A DNA stretch of 64,000 nt from Perkinsela sp. CCAP 1560/9. Taxonomy: Eukaryota; Protista; Euglenozoa: Kinetoplastea. Below, piece after piece: positions 60,460 through 64,000 of the stretch. Made by a program: the position numbers and the translations under genes. The DNA lies in contig CBFFSA010000007.1 of the NCBI GenBank assembly GCA_965644495.1, positions 830,001-894,000 of the forward strand, given 5' to 3'. The notes under the pieces are model-generated. The model was not told the origin of the DNA, searched no databases, and saw only the letters and a program-made list of their open reading frames with translations. Position 1 is the stretch's first letter. Each line of letters starts with the position of its first letter.

Positions 60460-61848
60460 CTACATCGGTCGCAACGACGTCATCGTGTCCACCCAGCTCA
60501 CACTGAGCAGGGCGTCATGCAGCACGGAGCCATTCCGGGTGCGACACGCCCTCTCCGCCCCCTCCCCCTCCCGGAAGTACAGGAATACGTCCTGGTTGCG
60601 TCGCTCCATGTCCAGCACCTCCCCGCACTCCGCAAAGTGATTCCGGAGCTGTTCCGCTGTGGTGCGAAACGGGACATGGCTGACGAGCACCAGGTAGGCC
60701 GTGACCGGCACCAGTGGGCGTCCATCGGGGGTGTACCCGTAGTAGCCCAGGGGAGGGGGTGCGAAAGGAGCCGGAGGAGCAGAGGCGTGGAAAGGAGTGG
60801 AGACGTTTCGGGGATAAGGCGGACGAGCTCGCCCGGCTCCCCGATACCCGCCCCCACCTCGGCCTCCTGCTCGACCCCCACGTGACCCCGAACCCCGGGG
60901 TAGGTCGTTCGCTCTTGTCGTGTGGTCGAGTGGTGCCTCAGACCTGTAGGTGTGGATGGATCCCACCAGGGGGGAGGGGGGAGGGGAGGAGGGGGGAGGG
61001 GAGGAGGGGGCTGATGGGGTGACGTGAGAAGAAGAAGAAAGAAAAGGCAGAGGGAGGAGAGTACGGAGTGTGTCGCGACAGGAAGATAGAAGGGAGAAAA
61101 GACCCCCGGGACGTTGTGGGGGTGTGGGGGTTGGAGTGGTGGGGATGAGGTTTGGTGGGGTGGTGGTGTCCACATGGGGCGGTGTAGGCTCGCTGGTGGT
61201 TTCCGCAATTTCTCGGGTTTCGGTTTCCGTGTGTGTATCTTCCTCGGTGACGGATTTTGTGATATTTTCCTTGCTACTTGACAAAGAAATTTCGGATAAT
61301 TTCTCCTCCATTTTCCTTTCTTCGGCTGTATTTTGGAACTCTCCGCCCGCTGCGACATTCGGTTGAGCGTCCGCCTCCACTTTCTCCTCCTTATCACTTT
61401 CTGTCGTCATGGCCTCATCTTTTTTCTCCGCCGCACTCTTCTCAGCACCGCCGCACCTTTCCTGTACTCCATATTCCTCCTCACTCCTTGCCGGGGAGGG
61501 AGACGCAACCCTTTCCAATGTCTTATTTTCCTTTGTGATATCTTCCTCTCCCGCTTTTTCTTCCCTTTCTTTCTCTTCCATCTCTTCACCCTCCTCGCCC
61601 TCACGGTAGCTCGTAAACGCACAAGTATGAGTTATGTTAAGCATTGCGGGACGACCCGGAGGCTTGTCTCGGGGCAGTTTCTTTTTTCGTCTAGAGGGGA
61701 GGTTTACAGGGCTTCGGTTCGCCGGGGATCTCTCCTGTGATTCCGACAGTTCAAACCAAGAGGGCTCGGAAGGTTCACGGAGTAAGGGGGTGCGGACCTC
61801 GGCGTCGGTCCGGGAAGGGGTCTCGGAGGGAGATAAGGTGTGGGTCAT
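60460..61848 (-). CDS. RNA-binding protein: acidic disordered N-terminus, RGG stretch, C-terminal RRM
   Basis: VLVSHVPFRTTAEQLRNHFAECGEV...VFLYF...A...NGSVL. Confidence 0.8.
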   Translation of the reverse strand: MTHTLSPSETPSRTDAEVRTPLLREPSEPSWFELSESQERSPANRSPVNLPSRRKKKLPRDKPPGRPAMLNITHTCAFTSYREGEEGEEMEEKEREEKAGEEDITKENKTLERVASPSPARSEEEYGVQERCGGAEKSAAEKKDEAMTTESDKEEKVEADAQPNVAAGGEFQNTAEERKMEEKLSEISLSSSKENITKSVTEEDTHTETETREIAETTSEPTPPHVDTTTPPNLIPTTPTPTPPQRPGGLFSLLSSCRDTLRTLLPLPFLSSSSHVTPSAPSSPPPSSPPPSPLVGSIHTYRSEAPLDHTTRANDLPRGSGSRGGRAGGRGGGGYRGAGRARPPYPRNVSTPFHASAPPAPFAPPPLGYYGYTPDGRPLVPVTAYLVLVSHVPFRTTAEQLRNHFAECGEVLDMERRNQDVFLYFREGEGAERACRTRNGSVLHDALLSVSWVDTMTSLRPM

Positions 61849-62205
61849 GGGAAAATCACGCAGAAGAGGTGGTTGCTACACAGAGGACGGAATGCGGTGG
61901 TAGTGGACTCAGACTTGTGAGTATGGCGAAAAGGCGTAAGAAGTGTAGAAAAGTAGCTAAAAAAAGTGATGTGGGTTGTAGGTTACGTGGTCATTGGACC
62001 AGAATATTAAATTTTATGTAGTATTTTCAGACAAAACAAAGGATGCCTTATTTTTAGATTAGCAGTGAGGAATGCAACATTGGTATGAAAATAATTGTGG
62101 AAAATTATGTTTCATTGAATTTGGAATACAAACAGTTCAAACTTATTTACTTCAATATGTTCTTTAATGATATTTCTAGCTCCATACTTCCAGCTTTGAT
62201 CGCAC

Positions 62206-62523
62206 TTAGTCAAAGAGTCCCAGCCCCATGTCTTCGTCTTCCTCTTCCACGACTTCCTCTTTTTTCGCCTCGGCTGGGGCAGAGGTCCCAGAGGCAGCGG
62301 GAGCACTGCTGGGAGCAGCCGCACCGGTCCCCAGCGTCTGCAACTTTGCACTCCCCTCCTCGATCAACTGCGCAATATCCTTAGATCCTACCTCGTTAAA
62401 CAAGTGCTCAATGCGGTCAGAATCTGGCTCCACCCCTGCGGCACGTAAAATATCGGTTACGGTATCCTTAGTGGGTTTTTCTTCCCCGAGAGAGGCAAGA
62501 GCGTATGCAGCTAGGTATTTCAT
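62206..62523 (-). CDS. RPLP2: 60S acidic ribosomal protein P2
   Basis: MKYLAAYAL, LIEEG, Ala hinge, EEEDEDMGLGLFD. Confidence 0.96.
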   Translation of the reverse strand: MKYLAAYALASLGEEKPTKDTVTDILRAAGVEPDSDRIEHLFNEVGSKDIAQLIEEGSAKLQTLGTGAAAPSSAPAASGTSAPAEAKKEEVVEEEDEDMGLGLFD

Positions 62524-62669
62524 AGAAAGGGATAGTGAGAAGTGGGTTGTGTAAAAAAACGAAAAGTTGAAACTTTTTGAATAAATATATGAAAGTATTT
62601 GTACGGCACATCTGTCTACAAAGATGATCAATTTCCCATTTCATTAAAGAGTTGAAAATGCCGTTCAAG

Positions 62670-62990
62670 TTACGACAAGAATTCGCTCAAATTATGTTGT
62701 TTTACGAATTCATGCAAACTAATAAGCTTTATTCTAACGCCATCCATGATAGTACCCAAATCCCTACGCAGAGATACGGCACGACTGCGTAACGTGCATA
62801 CCTCATAGAGGTCACAGTCCTCTCGTGGAAAACCGGCTCCATCTGTGAGCGAACCTTGCCGACCCGGTGCGGTAGCATCCAGCGTTATTTGAATCTCCTG
62901 AAGCTCAGCTTCCATAACGGACCGCTTTTTCCGGATTTCCAATAATTCAGAGCGCATGGACAAGGCTTGGTTCAATATTTGATCGTCCAT
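62670..62990 (-). CDS. Proteasome assembly chaperone Nas2/PSMD9, N-terminal domain only
   Basis: SLTDGAGFPREDCDLYEV...R......RRDL...M matches Nas2_N; no PDZ domain follows. Confidence 0.75.
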   Translation of the reverse strand: MDDQILNQALSMRSELLEIRKKRSVMEAELQEIQITLDATAPGRQGSLTDGAGFPREDCDLYEVCTLRSRAVSLRRDLGTIMDGVRIKLISLHEFVKQHNLSEFLS

Positions 62991-63585
62991 CTTAGCGTGG
63001 GAATACGGCTAAGTTTTCGGTGCGCTCTTCAGTAAATTTAGATCGTAACAAATAGTAATACTTCCTATAGAGAGAAATAGAAACGTAGCTCTTTCCAGTT
63101 CAATATCCACTACGTGGACATTGAGTAGTATAACAGTGGCCAAAAACAAAACAAAATGTAGTTTTGCATGACTTTTTATGTACATTTGTATTATCGGATC
63201 ATACGCAAGTGGTGTGCCCTATGGTTCTTAACTAGAAATCGGCAAATACAGCAGAATTCTGTGCACAGTATAATGAACTACACTCTAAACTGTACACACT
63301 CTAAACGTTATGCGACGCAAGTTTCATCAAAAAACGAAGCCCTTACCCCACATAAATGATTAGCTTCGATAACTAACCTTCGAAAATTCACTGTACGTTC
63401 TACACGATTTACTTCGTCTCACTATATGCCTTGTATGCAGAACATGTGAAAAAAAAACATCTCTAGTGAAAGCAAGCAAAACGTTTCCGCTTCTTTTGAA
63501 CCGTTTTCTCCCCTTTCCTCTACCTTCCTTTGTAAATTTGCCTTTATCTACAAACCCCATTCCCACCCCCTTTCCCCCTTTTCCC

Positions 63586-63729
63586 CTACGCAAACACCCT
63601 CCCCAGCGTCACCGCCACCACCGCCATCCCCACCACCCCCACCCCCAGGAGCCACAACTCCTCCTCCCCCCCCCTCCCCTCCCCCTCCCCGACGCCCCCC
63701 CCGCCCCCCCCGCACCCCTCCATGTCCAT
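63586..63729 (-). CDS. Possible tiny tail-anchored protein or remnant
   Basis: MDMEG...EEELWLLGVGVVGMAVVAVTLGRVFA* (~47 aa), below the ORF-track cutoff and inside a skew island. Confidence 0.25.
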   Translation of the reverse strand: MDMEGCGGGGGGVGEGEGRGGEEELWLLGVGVVGMAVVAVTLGRVFA

Positions 63730-64000
63730 CTCCTCCTCCTCCTCCAGGTAGGCGTAGGAGTTGTGGCGGAAGGAGGGGGAGGGGGGAGGGGGGAGGGGGG
63801 GAGGGAGGGAAGTGGGGGGAGAGCAGAGGGGGAGGGGACCCCGAGGGGGGGGATGACCTCACGTGTGCTGGGGGTGTACAGTAACTTTAAAGAATCAAAA
63901 GTAGCAAGATTTTTCTATAATTAATAATATTTTTTATTTTCTGAGAAAATGTGTTATTGTTTTAATAGATTTCATCATTAAATAACGTTACTTTAGCAAA

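Noticed and set aside
3314-62631. ORF-track N-terminal extensions from TTG/GTG/ATA starts (p23, ALPH, mL46, DBR1, RRP40, uS11m, RRP45, RPLP2)
   Set aside because: The extensions are Phe/Leu-rich translations of polypyrimidine tracts, so starts were moved to the first plausible ATG.
73-63924. Many plus-strand and alternative-frame ORFs (e.g. 237-839, 287-817, 34988-35749, 47301-48223, 59202-59912, 59462-60352, 63466-63924)
   Set aside because: They are shadows of real minus-strand genes or stop-poor GC islands, with low complexity and no motifs.

Overview
Gene-dense, intron-less eukaryotic DNA in which every credible gene (about 35 CDS) lies on the minus strand. This is one unidirectional polycistronic cluster of the kinetoplastid type. 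The M32 carboxypeptidase, expanded mitoribosomal mL46/uS11m, DDX60-like helicase and helical-repeat mitochondrial proteins agree with that; the compactness suggests a reduced lineage such as Perkinsela (inference). Housekeeping genes include p23, an ApaH-like phosphatase, AKR, a PEX3 candidate, DBR1, MCC alpha, glutaredoxin, rhodanese, small Tim, UTP4, RRP40, CDC26, MutY, PRI1, RRP45, PhLP3, acylphosphatase, an ENT-domain protein, RPLP2 and Nas2-N. Non-genic content: a degenerate CRE-clade non-LTR retrotransposon with stacked poly(A) 3' ends (about 7.5-11.8 kb), a 91-bp TA-flanked MITE, a second ~930-bp inverted-repeat element, and a small-RNA cluster at 31.3-31.9 kb (two U15/snR13-like C/D snoRNAs around an unknown tandem structured RNA). 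The most striking unexplained signal is about 9 strand-symmetric GC-rich islands that switch from C-rich to G-rich at a central point and override synonymous codon choice inside conserved genes. All calls are from reading the sequence; no searches or computations were run.
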